Shown here: positions 18,012 to 29,580 of the stretch, piece by piece
Numbering within the stretch: the stretch's first letter is position 1
Layout of the letters: each line of letters starts with the position of its first letter
From: a virus
Taxonomy: Duplodnaviria; Caudoviricetes
Virus record (IMG/VR): IMGVR_UViG_3300015608_003951
Span: 64,001 to 128,000 of that record
Length of the DNA: 64,000 nt
Direction: 5' to 3' (one strand)
Made by a program: the position numbers and the translations under genes
Notes under the pieces: generated by a model
Told to the model about the DNA's origin: nothing
Database searches by the model: none
Seen by the model: the letters and a program-made list of their open reading frames with translations, nothing else

Positions 18012-19889
18012 ATGGCGGCTAACTTCACGATCAATCAGGCAGGTGGCGCCGGTGCCGGCACACTCGGCACCGCTAGGCCGAGTGGCATCTGGCGTGACGT
18101 AGCCGTGCAGCTGGTCGCAGCGGGTGCAGGCCCCTACATCTGGTCCTTGGTGAGCGCACCTCCCGGATCTTCCGCAACCCTTACGGGAAGCACGTCTTCT
18201 ACCGCCTCGTTCACGCCGGACGTGGCGACGTACCCCTACAGGGTCCGTCTCGTCACGGGGACCGGATCTGCCGCTAGCGAAAAGATCCTTGTCGTCTGTG
18301 CCACCAAAGATAACTCCGGTGTGGATGTTAACCGGGGGTGGTCCTATCCTGCGGCCAGGGAGGCGTTTGGGGAGGACAACTCCAGCTCTCCTGGAGGCAG
18401 CGACAACAGGGGCTACGCCCCCCGCATGGAAAACATCCTGGACGATGTCCTGTCTGTGCTGGGCGGGGGTAGCGGCGGGCCGGGGGCTATCGTCTACAGG
18501 CCTGAAGCAGGCTCTCCTGCTACAGGCGAGTACCTGACCTTCGCCGACGCGCTCGCTGCCGCTCAGGCAGTGCCAGGTGAAGTGAACCTCTACATCGACA
18601 CCTCGGACGCCAGCCCAGCCAGCATCCCCGCTGGCACGTACAACCTCCAGCGAAGGATCCGCTTGGTGGGCCTGAGGACCTCCACCGGCCCTTCAGTGGT
18701 CACCCTGGCGGACGGGTGCCACTTCGTCAACGCATGCTTGGTGGAGAACTGCACCCTCGTTGCCACGGTCTCCTCTGCGGTCTTCACCTCCTCGGGCGGA
18801 GGCTTGGACCTTGTCTTCAAGGACTGCATCTACGGCGAGGACGGCAACTCGTCAGACTTTTTTAGCCTCGCAACCGGGTCCACGCATCACATCCACCTGA
18901 TCAACTCCACGCTGTCCGCCAACACGCGAGAGCTGGCCACGGTGTCCACGGACAAGACCCTTTATATCGTGGCGGAGCAGTCCACTGTCGTGGATGGTCT
19001 TGTGGCGGGCAGCGCGGGCGACCTGTGGCTCACGCAGGACGCTGGCAGCGATTGCCAGGACCAGTCAGGGTTCTCCGGAACGTCGCATCGAGCCGACCAG
19101 GTGCTCGATCAGCTCGGTGCCGCTACCCGAGACTTCAGCGTTAACGGGAAGGAGATCCTGAATGCTGCGACGCCTACCGCAGACTCCTCGGTAGCTACCA
19201 GGGGGTTCGTCAAGACGCAGTACCCGAACGGCTCACTCTCGAAGAGCATAGCCGCAGGAGGCACCATCACTCTGGGTGCGGGGGAGCACGAGGCCCATGT
19301 CCTGCGTCTCACGGGCGCTGCGGCATCGGATACCACTGTCGTGTTCCCAGCCACGGCAGGCCGGGAGTGGTTCGTCTGTAACGAAAGTACGGACAACAGC
19401 CGCATGGTCGTGCTCAAGGCCAGCGGCGGGTCCAAGACGATCTACCTGGGCCCCGGCTGTTCGCGACGTGTGACTGTGCGCAACGGGGAGCTGGACGACG
19501 ACGCAGGCGGTGTGGCCATCCTCATCAAGGTTCCGATCTCCCTGATCACGGTCGGTGCTGGACCCACGGACACGATACTTTGCAAGCTGCCTGCGGGGGT
19601 GAGTCTTCGCGGCACCACGGTTGCCGTGAGTGTCGCGGCGGTTGGCGGCACATCCACAGCCTCCATCGGGACCGCCCTTGCAGGGGTTGAGGTGCAACAG
19701 GCGGTTGTGCTGGGGGCTGCTGGCAGCTCCATCGGAGACGACTCCGGCACAGATTGGGGTACGGACATGTCTGCAACGGGGCGGCACACCTACGCCTCCG
19801 CCACGACGCTGTACTTCCGAAGCACCAGCAGTGCAGCGCTGTCTGACGGTGCGGTCGTGGTGACGGTCGAAGCGGTGGTGCTCCTGTGA
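18012..19889 (+). CDS. virion/tail fibre-associated protein with an Ig/PKD-like N-terminus
   Basis: YIWSLVSAPPGSSATL..FTPDV..YRVRL; G/S/T-rich. Confidence 0.6.
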   Translation: MAANFTINQAGGAGAGTLGTARPSGIWRDVAVQLVAAGAGPYIWSLVSAPPGSSATLTGSTSSTASFTPDVATYPYRVRLVTGTGSAASEKILVVCATKDNSGVDVNRGWSYPAAREAFGEDNSSSPGGSDNRGYAPRMENILDDVLSVLGGGSGGPGAIVYRPEAGSPATGEYLTFADALAAAQAVPGEVNLYIDTSDASPASIPAGTYNLQRRIRLVGLRTSTGPSVVTLADGCHFVNACLVENCTLVATVSSAVFTSSGGGLDLVFKDCIYGEDGNSSDFFSLATGSTHHIHLINSTLSANTRELATVSTDKTLYIVAEQSTVVDGLVAGSAGDLWLTQDAGSDCQDQSGFSGTSHRADQVLDQLGAATRDFSVNGKEILNAATPTADSSVATRGFVKTQYPNGSLSKSIAAGGTITLGAGEHEAHVLRLTGAAASDTTVVFPATAGREWFVCNESTDNSRMVVLKASGGSKTIYLGPGCSRRVTVRNGELDDDAGGVAILIKVPISLITVGAGPTDTILCKLPAGVSLRGTTVAVSVAAVGGTSTASIGTALAGVEVQQAVVLGAAGSSIGDDSGTDWGTDMSATGRHTYASATTLYFRSTSSAALSDGAVVVTVEAVVLL

Positions 19890-20731
19890 CCCCCCAACAG
19901 TACCCCGACCCCAGGCGCAAGCTTTGGCTCCCACCCCCCATGTTCGCGGCAGGAGCTGTGACATCAATCGTAGGTGGCGCCCACCGAAATGTGCTCGGTG
20001 GCCTGCCGCCCGGATACCAGGCCAGGTGGGTCCTCGGGGATCTATCCAAGATCTGGCAAGATAACGCGGGGACGACGCCTGTCGCCTCGAACAACGATCC
20101 TGTGAACAAGGTGGAGGATGTCAGCGGTAACGGCTTCCACCTCTACGGCTCGGGTGCCCCAGGTGGAATCGGGGCTACGTACAAGAACACCCTGGGCGAT
20201 AGTGGGACCTTGGGCGGCTGCTACCTGGACGCAAGCCTCGACCAGAGGTTGTACACCGCATCTCTGATCAACTCCTCCAACCAGACCACCTACTACATCT
20301 GGTTGAAGATCTTGGCCGGCGACGATGCCACGTTCCTGGCGCGCGCAGACTCCACCAGCGGATCCGCTCGCGAGTACATGTACTACGCGAGCCCCCCTGC
20401 GGGGGATGCGCTCGTTACCCGCGGCGGATTCTCGAGCGCGGGTGTCGTTGGCCAGTATCCCACGGCCGCGTACGGTCTTGTGTGCTTGACCATCGATCAC
20501 AACGAACGGCACACCTACCTCGATGACATGAGCACCCCTACGAAGAGCGCTACGAACGGGTTGGATATGTCCTTGGACAACTACCTTATGCTTAACGCCT
20601 ACTACATGAACGCCACCGCCTACGGGGGCACGATTTCCGTGTTGGAGGTGATCCTCTACGACACCGCGCACAGCTTCTCCTTGCGAAATCGCGTACGCGC
20701 TTATGGCACAGCTACTTACGGCACCCCGTGA
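19886..20731 (+). CDS. LamG/concanavalin-like tail accessory protein
   Basis: WQDNAGTTPV..DPVNKVEDVSGNGFH..EVILYDTAHS..Y. Confidence 0.55.
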   Translation: MTPQQYPDPRRKLWLPPPMFAAGAVTSIVGGAHRNVLGGLPPGYQARWVLGDLSKIWQDNAGTTPVASNNDPVNKVEDVSGNGFHLYGSGAPGGIGATYKNTLGDSGTLGGCYLDASLDQRLYTASLINSSNQTTYYIWLKILAGDDATFLARADSTSGSAREYMYYASPPAGDALVTRGGFSSAGVVGQYPTAAYGLVCLTIDHNERHTYLDDMSTPTKSATNGLDMSLDNYLMLNAYYMNATAYGGTISVLEVILYDTAHSFSLRNRVRAYGTATYGTP

Positions 20732-20739
20732 GGTTACAC

Positions 20740-22050
20740 ATGCATCTAGGTCTAAGTCTGGTGTCCGATGATGGAGAGAAGGGTTGGAGCCTGAAGGGCA
20801 TGGATCCCGCGGTCCTCGCCTGGGCTTACGAACTCAAGCCAAACACCGTTACCCCTGCCAGCGGCTCAGTCATGAATGACTGGGCTGAGGTGCGATCGGA
20901 TGTGGATCACCTCGTGGGCGGGGTGGGGACCTCACCGACGTACCAAGCTGCGCAGTTCGGGGGCAGGGCTCGACTCCTCTCCAAAGGGGTAGGGTACCTG
21001 CGTGGCACCGTCACCAAGGCGGCTACCCACATTTTCGCAGTGGGCTCCTACTACTATGGGGGCAGCCCTGTCGCATTCCCCTCGAACAACGGCCTTGTGA
21101 CGCTGAACAACAACGGGACCGGCATCATCCTGAGCGGGGAGCCCACCGGATTCTTCTCTAACTACCTGGGCAACGATGCGTACTACCTGGATGGAGTGTC
21201 GATATCCCCCGCGGCAGCCGTCCCTGGGCAAGAGGGCGTCGCCCATCTCTACGAGGTCGTCAAAGACGCCGGCATCAGCGGGGGCGCTGTCGTCGCGCTG
21301 ATGGACCGCCAGACGACCGATAGGTACTGGCCGGGAGCTATCCTCGCGACCATTGGGCTTTACAACCCGTCGCCCTCGGATGTGACTTCCGTGCGTGCTT
21401 ACCTGCAAAGCTACCTGTGCGGGTCTCTTGTTGTGGCCACGGGGGACTCCATCACCCAGGGTGTGAGGTCGGTAACGCCCAACTTGCGATGGTCCACCCT
21501 CGTGCGCGAGGCCTGGGGCAATACCGTCGATTTCGCCAACATCGCCCTCTCGGGCCAAGGTATCGGCACCTTCGCTGGACCCACGGCCACGTCTTCTATG
21601 CTGGATGGTGATCCTGCGAAGCTCGCCATCCCGGTGTTCAATGTGCGCAACAGGCGCAGGAAAGTTCTCGTTGTCTTTGCTGGAACGAACGACCTGGCAC
21701 TTGGGCGCACGGCCGCGCAGCTCAAGGCTGATATCGCTACCTACTGCACCGCACGCAAAGCAGAGGGCTGGAAGGTGGTGCTTGTCACCATCATCGATCG
21801 TCAGGACCTCGGCGGAGGGCAAGCTGCATTTGATGCAGACAGGGACGACCTGAACGACTTCATCATCAACGACACCTCGTCTTATGCGGATGCGGTGGTC
21901 GATCTAACGGTGGAGAGTGCTCTCAACGATGTGGGGGCTGCGTTGAACGCGACCAACTACCTGGACGACTTTGTGCACTTGAGCGCCACGGGCGAGTCCC
22001 TGGTCTCTGGCTACATCCGCACGGTGCTGGAGAACGTTCTGACAGCGTGA
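20740..22050 (+). CDS. LamG-like plus SGNH/GDSL esterase tail protein
   Basis: GDSITQG, AGTND, DFVH blocks; start moved to ATG 20740 (GAGG SD; in-frame TTA at 20734 lies upstream). Confidence 0.75.
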   Translation: MHLGLSLVSDDGEKGWSLKGMDPAVLAWAYELKPNTVTPASGSVMNDWAEVRSDVDHLVGGVGTSPTYQAAQFGGRARLLSKGVGYLRGTVTKAATHIFAVGSYYYGGSPVAFPSNNGLVTLNNNGTGIILSGEPTGFFSNYLGNDAYYLDGVSISPAAAVPGQEGVAHLYEVVKDAGISGGAVVALMDRQTTDRYWPGAILATIGLYNPSPSDVTSVRAYLQSYLCGSLVVATGDSITQGVRSVTPNLRWSTLVREAWGNTVDFANIALSGQGIGTFAGPTATSSMLDGDPAKLAIPVFNVRNRRRKVLVVFAGTNDLALGRTAAQLKADIATYCTARKAEGWKVVLVTIIDRQDLGGGQAAFDADRDDLNDFIINDTSSYADAVVDLTVESALNDVGAALNATNYLDDFVHLSATGESLVSGYIRTVLENVLTA

Positions 22051-22062
22051 TAGGCTCTCCCC

Positions 22063-25000
22063 GTGGCACTGAACTGCTCGGGTACAGCGGTCTGGGGGTC
22101 CCTCTGGGGTTCAGGATGGGGCGGTTACCCTGCGTACACCCCGGGCGGAGTTGCGCCTACGTACGGCCCCTTCGATCTGTTCTGCTTTTGCGGCGATGCG
22201 ATCAAGGATCTGGCCACCTTCGAGGGTGTAGACCTTACGCCCGGCGACGTGTCTCACGGGGAGCCGTCGCCCCTAGGCTACTTGCTCACCTCTGCGGATG
22301 GCACGGCGTCGGAGGTGTTCGTAGATCGTGCGCTAGGCAGCGCCTGGACGCTTCAGGTCACGTTTGAGGTGGAGAGCGCTCCCCCCGATTTCAGCGCAGG
22401 CCACGCCTTGTTCTTTGGGGGTTACGACGACACGCTAGCCCCGGCGGGCATCTTTTTCAGTCAAGTGGGCCTGGCCTTCGGATCCACCTACGACGATTCG
22501 GCCTACGTGTTGCCCGACAGCGCGGGGCTGATCGTGAATGGTGAAACGTACGTCTTCAAGCTCGTGGTCGATGGGCCTGCTGAGACGGTCTACGTCTACT
22601 TGAGCACGCTGTCCGCATCGGAGGCCTCTGGTGGCCCCCTCTTGAGGTACGTGCTCCCCCTCGTGCGCCCCCTAGCCCTCCCCCTTCATCAGGAAGGGGC
22701 TTATGTCTACCTGGCAGGTAGCGGCCCGAGCCCTGCGCAGATCAACCTACTCACGTTCTGCATGGCCAACGCGGCCCTTATCGACAACTATCCTCCCGTT
22801 GCCGATGCCGGCAAGGATCAGGTGGTAGCCACGTGCTCTGTTATTCAGCTGGACGGCAGCAAGAGCGCGGACGTGGAGGGGGCCACGATCACTTACAAGT
22901 GGTATCTAACGGATGCCCCCCTGGGGAGTAAGTACGCTGATCTAGGGCAGGACGGCTCGGTGGTATCCACCCCCTTCAGCAACAAGCTGCACACGTCACA
23001 CGCACCAGCCGGAGCGGACCCCTTTGTTCAGCAGGCGGAGGACGTGCTGCTTTACAGGGGGTCCCCACACGTGATCTCAGGCGACGGTACGGACGGCGAT
23101 GGGGCTTACATTGAAGTGGCCTTGGAGGACCTTCCGGGAACCTACAGTGGTCAGGGGTTCAAAGTCGTTCGACAAGACGGCTTCCTGGTGCGGAATGCGG
23201 TAAAGCCGCAGTTCCTACCGGACGTACCGGGCTTCTATCGCTTCAGGCTTGTTGTCTCCGACGGCTCTCTCGACTCCAGCCCTTCGGACGTTTTGGTCAA
23301 CGTCATTGAGACGAATGCTCCACGGGGGGTAGTGCCCGACGGCTCGGTGTTCTGGGACTACATGAGCGACGTGGCGCGCCTTCTGGAGGACCAAGACCGT
23401 TTCGAGGTGCTATGGACCGGCCTCCTCCAGGTCATCGGCACGGAGCTCCTCTATGCGTGGCAGGTGGACTACAGCAAAGGCCTGAAGGACGTCCCCTCTA
23501 CGGTTTGCCGCAAGTGGCTGCACTACGAGCCTCTACTGCGCGAGCCCTTCCCCTACCTGTCCCGCTTCACCTCCTACTGGACCGGCCTCGACTCTGCGGC
23601 CCTGGCTGCTTCAGGCCTCAGCTACGACGGTACGGCGCTGGTGCTGTCCCTCCCCTACAGGAGCACACTCCTTCAGATCACCGTACCCAGCAAGCTCAGC
23701 ACCCCCGCCTTGCTGGCAGCCGGCATCCAGTCGCTCCTCCAGGACATTGACCCGAGGTTTACGGCAGCCGCTGTCCTCGATGGCGGGGACACCAAGGTCC
23801 GCATTTACGCGCCCTTCCCATTCTCCATCGTAGCCGGCACGACAGCCCCCTTCTCTGCGGGCAGTAACGCTTTGCTCCAAGGGAGCGCCGTGGACGTGCT
23901 GGGTCCGAAGAGCGTGCGTCTGGACCGCAGCCTCCAGGGCTTGGGCCTGAAGGCCGATGACCTCCTGTGCCTCAAGCTGATCGACGGGTCACTCTCGCTG
24001 TTCCGCCTTGCAGTGGTGCACGACAGCGAGAGTGACCCTGTACGCTTCTCCAGAGTACTGCTCAAGGACGAGCTCCCTGTCGGCGTGCCCTTGGACGGCG
24101 CTTGGGTGTTCCCCGGAGTCGTGGAGTCTCCCCAGCTAGACTTCTACAAGGGTCTGGTCGTGCAGGGGGATGCCGTGGTCTTGGAGCTCACGGACACGGA
24201 AGACGACACTGTGCACATCAACCAGCAGGCCATGGGCACGCACCCCTCCCTGCCGCAGAAGGTTGCGGTCTACCCGGACGCCCTGTACTTGGCTCAACTA
24301 GCGGCCCCCAGTCGTTTCACGCTGGCCCTGTGGGGTGTGTATCGCAAGGCGCATCTTCCCGTTGACGATGTAGTACAAGAAATCCCCTTCCTGCAACGAC
24401 TTATCCGCTCCACAGAAGATGAGATCCTCAGGGCCAATCTGGACTTCTTCCTCTCGGAGTTCCGGGGCCAGCGCTGCATCTCCTTCAACCAGGACATCTG
24501 GACCGGGTCTCCCGTTCCGCGGCTTTGGGCGGAGTACAGCTATCTGGACAATAGCAAGGTCATCGAGGCTAACTTCGGGGCGGCGGCTGGCCTCAAGGCC
24601 GAGGACTTGGCCGCCATCACGGACAATACGCCTTACCTGTCCGCGGTGCGTGGCCTGTGGTTTGCGTATGTGAAGGGCCCGCGCGTAGCAAACTTGCGTA
24701 TGGGCGCTCAGGTGCTCCTAGGCCTGCCCTTCGCTGAAGAGGCTGGTGAGGTTATCGATATCAACCCGCAGTACTCAAGCCGCCTCGGCAGGATCGTCTT
24801 GCGCGACACGACCAACGCCAAGATCGTGCGGACCTACACGTATCCAAGGGTCCTAGGCCTGGAGAAGAATCCGGCCACGGGGAAAGAGTACGGCGTGGGC
24901 GATAAGGTCCAGCAGTTTGCCCCTCTGGTCGAGGGCGTGGACGTTGTCGACTACATCAAGGACCCCACCTGGATCAAGCCGTTCCTGTCTCAGGGGGCGC

Positions 25001-25992
25001 TGATCGAGACGGATCGCTACCACCGCTTCGCGATTCGCATCGACATGGAGGCGTTTAACCTCCCCTCCCTTCAGTTCATCCGGGACTTTGTCAACAGGAT
25101 AAAACCGGCACGAACGGAGCCCCTGTTCCTGGTTCGTAGGTCAAGGCAGGCCTCCGACACCGTCGATGTGACGGACGACACCAGCTTCTTTGTGAAGCTT
25201 GCGCTCTACCTTTCGCCGCACACCCTCCCGCCCTGGGACCTGACTGCGACGGAACCCAACGAGGTCCTACGGGAGGGGTCTGCTGCGATGTTTGATCAGC
25301 CCTCTCCGAACCCTGTAGCTAGGGGCACCAGTTACGGGGCCATCGTGTCCTCCTTCGACCGGGATGGATCGCCTGACACGTCTGAACCTTCCCCAGGTGG
25401 CCCAGACGACACGATAGCCTGGGGCTTTGACCGTCAGTACATTCGCCCGGAGACCGGGCTGATCGCTACGCTTAGCCTGGATTATGACGGCGTGGCCTCC
25501 ATGACCCTTTTCCAGGATATCGCGGCCACGGATCAGCCCGTCCTGGCCAAGGACCCCCTGGTATTCTCTACCCAGTGGCTGGCTTCGGTCGTGAGGTCAG
25601 GTCAACAGATCCAGTACCCCCAACGCGCCAGCTCTGCGTTCACGGCTAACTACCTACAGGTGTACTTCCTGGGTACTCCGCCCACGGGTGGGTTCACTTA
25701 TACGCTGGCTGTGTACGTGAACGGCGTGCTGACCCTCAGCGTGGACTTGGCCCATGACTCCGGGGAGAACAGGTACGAGCTAGGCCCGTCGCCAGCACCT
25801 TCCCCGTTCCCCGTGACACCCTTTGCGCTAGGCACGATGGACGATGTGGTGGTTACGATCGCTCCGGCAGACAGCTCCCCCGCGCGCTACGGCCTGCATG
25901 GTGTAACCGTACTGCTGGGCGAAGGGGTAAGCTGGAGTCCTGGCGGCCCTGCGCTCTCTGCCGGCACCTACCTGACGAAGAGGACCCTGTGA
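22063..25992 (+). CDS. large baseplate/tail structural protein with PKD-like domain
   Basis: PPVADAGKDQ..IQLDGSKSAD..ITYKW; FVNRIKPA motif of baseplate wedge/tail proteins. Confidence 0.65.
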   Translation: MALNCSGTAVWGSLWGSGWGGYPAYTPGGVAPTYGPFDLFCFCGDAIKDLATFEGVDLTPGDVSHGEPSPLGYLLTSADGTASEVFVDRALGSAWTLQVTFEVESAPPDFSAGHALFFGGYDDTLAPAGIFFSQVGLAFGSTYDDSAYVLPDSAGLIVNGETYVFKLVVDGPAETVYVYLSTLSASEASGGPLLRYVLPLVRPLALPLHQEGAYVYLAGSGPSPAQINLLTFCMANAALIDNYPPVADAGKDQVVATCSVIQLDGSKSADVEGATITYKWYLTDAPLGSKYADLGQDGSVVSTPFSNKLHTSHAPAGADPFVQQAEDVLLYRGSPHVISGDGTDGDGAYIEVALEDLPGTYSGQGFKVVRQDGFLVRNAVKPQFLPDVPGFYRFRLVVSDGSLDSSPSDVLVNVIETNAPRGVVPDGSVFWDYMSDVARLLEDQDRFEVLWTGLLQVIGTELLYAWQVDYSKGLKDVPSTVCRKWLHYEPLLREPFPYLSRFTSYWTGLDSAALAASGLSYDGTALVLSLPYRSTLLQITVPSKLSTPALLAAGIQSLLQDIDPRFTAAAVLDGGDTKVRIYAPFPFSIVAGTTAPFSAGSNALLQGSAVDVLGPKSVRLDRSLQGLGLKADDLLCLKLIDGSLSLFRLAVVHDSESDPVRFSRVLLKDELPVGVPLDGAWVFPGVVESPQLDFYKGLVVQGDAVVLELTDTEDDTVHINQQAMGTHPSLPQKVAVYPDALYLAQLAAPSRFTLALWGVYRKAHLPVDDVVQEIPFLQRLIRSTEDEILRANLDFFLSEFRGQRCISFNQDIWTGSPVPRLWAEYSYLDNSKVIEANFGAAAGLKAEDLAAITDNTPYLSAVRGLWFAYVKGPRVANLRMGAQVLLGLPFAEEAGEVIDINPQYSSRLGRIVLRDTTNAKIVRTYTYPRVLGLEKNPATGKEYGVGDKVQQFAPLVEGVDVVDYIKDPTWIKPFLSQGALIETDRYHRFAIRIDMEAFNLPSLQFIRDFVNRIKPARTEPLFLVRRSRQASDTVDVTDDTSFFVKLALYLSPHTLPPWDLTATEPNEVLREGSAAMFDQPSPNPVARGTSYGAIVSSFDRDGSPDTSEPSPGGPDDTIAWGFDRQYIRPETGLIATLSLDYDGVASMTLFQDIAATDQPVLAKDPLVFSTQWLASVVRSGQQIQYPQRASSAFTANYLQVYFLGTPPTGGFTYTLAVYVNGVLTLSVDLAHDSGENRYELGPSPAPSPFPVTPFALGTMDDVVVTIAPADSSPARYGLHGVTVLLGEGVSWSPGGPALSAGTYLTKRTL

Positions 25993-26660
25993 AGAAACTC
26001 TACCGACCCATGGAAATCGAGGTGGTCAGCAACCTGACGCTCACCTCATTTGAGCGCGGCAAGCGCAAGCCAGGAGGGTCCCGCAGGCACACCCACAACA
26101 TCTTTCTTACGCTAGGTCGGGAGTGGCTTCCGGACGCCATCAGCTACTCCTCCTTGCCGGCAGGCAGCCCGCCGCCAGGCTTGCCTGTCACGAAGGCTGA
26201 TGACCGGGGGGTGCGCTTCATTGGCTTCGGGATTGGGGGGGCCCCTACGGGGGGCAACTCGGGGGCCAGTGCCGCGCCCTACGTCACGCACTACCCGGGC
26301 ACCAACGCCAACACGGACGACAACCCTGCCGTGCAGCGTTTGGAGCGTCCTGTTCGTGTCACGGGGGGCACCTCCCTCCCCCCTTACGACGCGGGGGACA
26401 TCTGGCTAGGTCAGGTGCAGGCCCCTGCCGTGAGGCCGACGACCACCTCTGTGAGGTTCACCAGGATCTTCCTGGAGACGGACATCAGCTACGGCCCGTA
26501 CACCTCTGTGCCGCTGTCGGAGATCCTCCTGGTGCTGCATTCCACCAGCGACAACTTCACGCATGTCCACAACAACACGGGGATCGCCTATGACGTGTTC
26601 CACGTCCTTCACAAGACCTCGGCCATTGTCCTCCAGGCCGACTGGGAGCTGAGGTTCTGA
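25989..26660 (+). CDS. tail-fibre attachment/baseplate protein
   Basis: HNIFLTLGREWL..FIGFGIGG..LSEI; GTGA coupling. Confidence 0.55.
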   Translation: MKKLYRPMEIEVVSNLTLTSFERGKRKPGGSRRHTHNIFLTLGREWLPDAISYSSLPAGSPPPGLPVTKADDRGVRFIGFGIGGAPTGGNSGASAAPYVTHYPGTNANTDDNPAVQRLERPVRVTGGTSLPPYDAGDIWLGQVQAPAVRPTTTSVRFTRIFLETDISYGPYTSVPLSEILLVLHSTSDNFTHVHNNTGIAYDVFHVLHKTSAIVLQADWELRF

Positions 26661-28963
26661 TGTCTCACCCGGTCATTTTCCACCGACTGCGCGCTGGTAC
26701 CTGGATCGGTTGGCAGGCGCCACCCGACAACTCCAACAGCACGCAGGTCCAGATCAACGGTAAGAACTACAACTGGATCAACGTCCTGGCGGGGGGCGAG
26801 ACCGGCAACGCTGCTGTGGCGTCCTTGGCCAAGGCCGGCGGACCCAACCAGTACACCTACTTCCTCGGCTTCGGCGAGGACGCCGTCAGCTACTTCGTGA
26901 ACAGGGCGTTCTTCGCTCTGGCGGAGAACACGGACCTTCTGGATTCGGAGCTGAACCAGGACCAGCCCGTCCACTTCATGGGCTCCTTCACGCTGGCGGA
27001 CCCTGCTAACAACGTGGAGTTTGGGTACAGCGACATCTTCCTGGGCCCCGTGGGCACTGCGCTCAACTCGGCCACGCTTCCCAAGTACTTCCGGCTGCTC
27101 AACTCCGCGTATGACGAAGTGATCGACAGCGGCACCAACCAGACCGTGCAGGTTCAGGCGATCACGGGGGTGCCCACGTCTCCGGACCCGCCGTACATGG
27201 CGGACGTGCCCCTCGTCTTCAGCCACACCCTTCCCGCAGGCACGTACTACGTGGTCTGCGGCCAGCGAAGCGCGCTGTCCACATTGCACCGAGGGGACCT
27301 GCTGCCCCACAACATGGTCAGCGCTGCGCGCACCCCGGGCGTTATCCAGACCGTGTTGCGCGCCCTGCGCGGCGACTCGCTAGGGTACCTCAGCTCCTGG
27401 GACGCTACCGTCTATGCTCTGGCGCGTCGGGGCCTCAACGGCGCCTACAACAACACCTCTATCACCCCCGCTGTGCCCAGCGGCATGTCGGCCTACGGCT
27501 ACTCTACGGACAAGGATACCGCAGGGGCTGGAGGTGCCTTCCTGCGGGAAGGCCCCTCTGTGCAGGGTCTGAGTCGTCGGCACCTCGCCTCGAACAGTCC
27601 GTACACGGACCTTTTGGGAGCTCTCTACACCGCAACCCTGCAAGACGATGACATGGGTGACGGGGTAGGGGCTGGAGAGTTCGTGTCGGGCTCCCGGGGA
27701 TTCGTCTCCGTCGGTCAGCGCATCAGGTCGCTCAACAACGGCAGCACGGCCAGCACGCCGGCTCCGGGGCTACACCACTTCGCAGCGTTCACCGCGTTCC
27801 CAGACAAGAGGTCTACAACCACATCCACCCCTACGGTCCTGAATGTCCCTGTAGGGGTGACCCTCCAGAGGGTCTCTGGCGAGGATCGGGTGACCCTCAC
27901 GACCAGCGGTAACTGGTTCACCAAGACAATCAGCGCCGTCAACCGTACGTCGCTGGTGCTTGGGTGGAGCCTGTTGGAGATCGAGTGGGTAGACCCCTCC
28001 GACCCTCTGGCACCTAACACCACGGTTCGCAGGGTCTACCGTGTGATGTCCCTCCCCACGAGCACGCGAGCTCTGGTGTGTGCGGTGGACGGCTCGGCCT
28101 CCCCCCTTCCAGCGGTGGTGCGTGTCGGGACTCTGGTTCGCGTGCTTACCCCCACCTTCGGCGTCCTGGACGGGCTGGGCGAACTGCAAGACAAGCTGGC
28201 GCACCCCAGCGCCGCCTTGTTCGAGCACGGAAGTATGGTCTGCGTCTCCCTGCCCCAGAGCACGGATGACACCGCGGACCAGGTTCTTGCCGGAGATGGT
28301 GCCTACTTTGGCGCCTCCAACAACGCGGGCACTTACGCTGCCCTTCGCTGGGGCGGCTACAGGCTGGACTTGGGGGCCAGCGGCGGTAAGTACATCGTCC
28401 ACGCCAAGCTACTCGGCGACGGCAGCATCAACTGTCGCGACATTACCTGTCAGGCCATCACCGCGGCGGATGATTGCCACTTCGACCTGCTCTTCGCCAA
28501 CGCCATCAGCGTAGTGGGCGACGTGCAGTGCTCGGACATCGATGCGAACGACATCACCTGCCTCAACATCTATTGCAGCGGCACGATCAACGGGAGCGTT
28601 GCGGCTACGGCGATGAAGATGGTGACGGCTACGAAGGTGTGCAGCACACCCGGGTCGCAGATCCTTAATCTCACCTCGGACTTCGCTAGCGCTTCCCACG
28701 TCTACGTGCGCATGACGGCTAGCCCCGTCACCTTCAACAGCATCGGCCTGCCCACCTTTGCCTCCGGAACGGTCTTCCAGATCACCTTCTTCGAGGACGG
28801 CGGCGCTGGGCAGATCGAGAGCGGCGCCTGGAGCAGCGATGTGCTGTTCGAGAGCCCCGAAGACGGACTGTTGAGCGGGGTCACCGGGTCCATCGATACT
28901 TACAAGGGCCTTGTCCTACCTAGCGGCAAAATCCTCATGAGTGTGCAGAGGTACAGCACGTTA
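26660..28963 (+). CDS. tail fibre protein
   Basis: Beta-rich with short I.C..I.A repeats near the C-terminus; ends TTA-TGA overlapping the next ATG. Confidence 0.6.
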
Positions 28964-29580
28964 TGATCACCTCCCCGCATCGATACCGGTACGCCTGGCA
29001 AAACACGACGGGTGCGCTGCCCAACAAGATTGGCAGTGACACCCTTCAACCCGGGTCACCCGCAGCCTACGTCGGATCTGAAGTCGTGTTCAGCTGGCTT
29101 CTGACTCTGCCCGTAACGGCGTCCGGCGACTACATGGACTTCTCGGGCTCCTACCCCAGCAAGTCTTTCACGCACTCTGGCACCAAGTACCTGAACCTGA
29201 TGACCTGGCGCGCCCCTCAGGAGGACAGCCCGACGGGCCAGAACAACCTGCTCTTTACGGAGCTTACGGTCTACTTCGGCTCGGACATCACGAACGGCGG
29301 GTTCCCGACCACGGACGAAGATACGATCACGCTGCACACCTTCGACAACTCCCTCGCGCACAAGGACAGCGCGCACTTCTCCGAGGCGGTGATCATCTCT
29401 GGCAGCTCCACCTGGGGCGTGATCATCCCGCCCACTGCTGCCGCGCTCAAGACCTGCCGTCTCAACGGGGGTGGGGGGGTTAACGACCGCTGTGCCCTCG
29501 CCTTGCAGATCCAGAACACCGGAGTCTCTTCCACAACTTCGGGGGTAATCCTTCTGGTGGCCAAGGCGGTTGAGCTGTTA
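28963..29580 (+). CDS. putative structural protein, ends at TTA
   Basis: TTA 29578-29580 overlaps the next ATG (TTATG). Confidence 0.6.
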
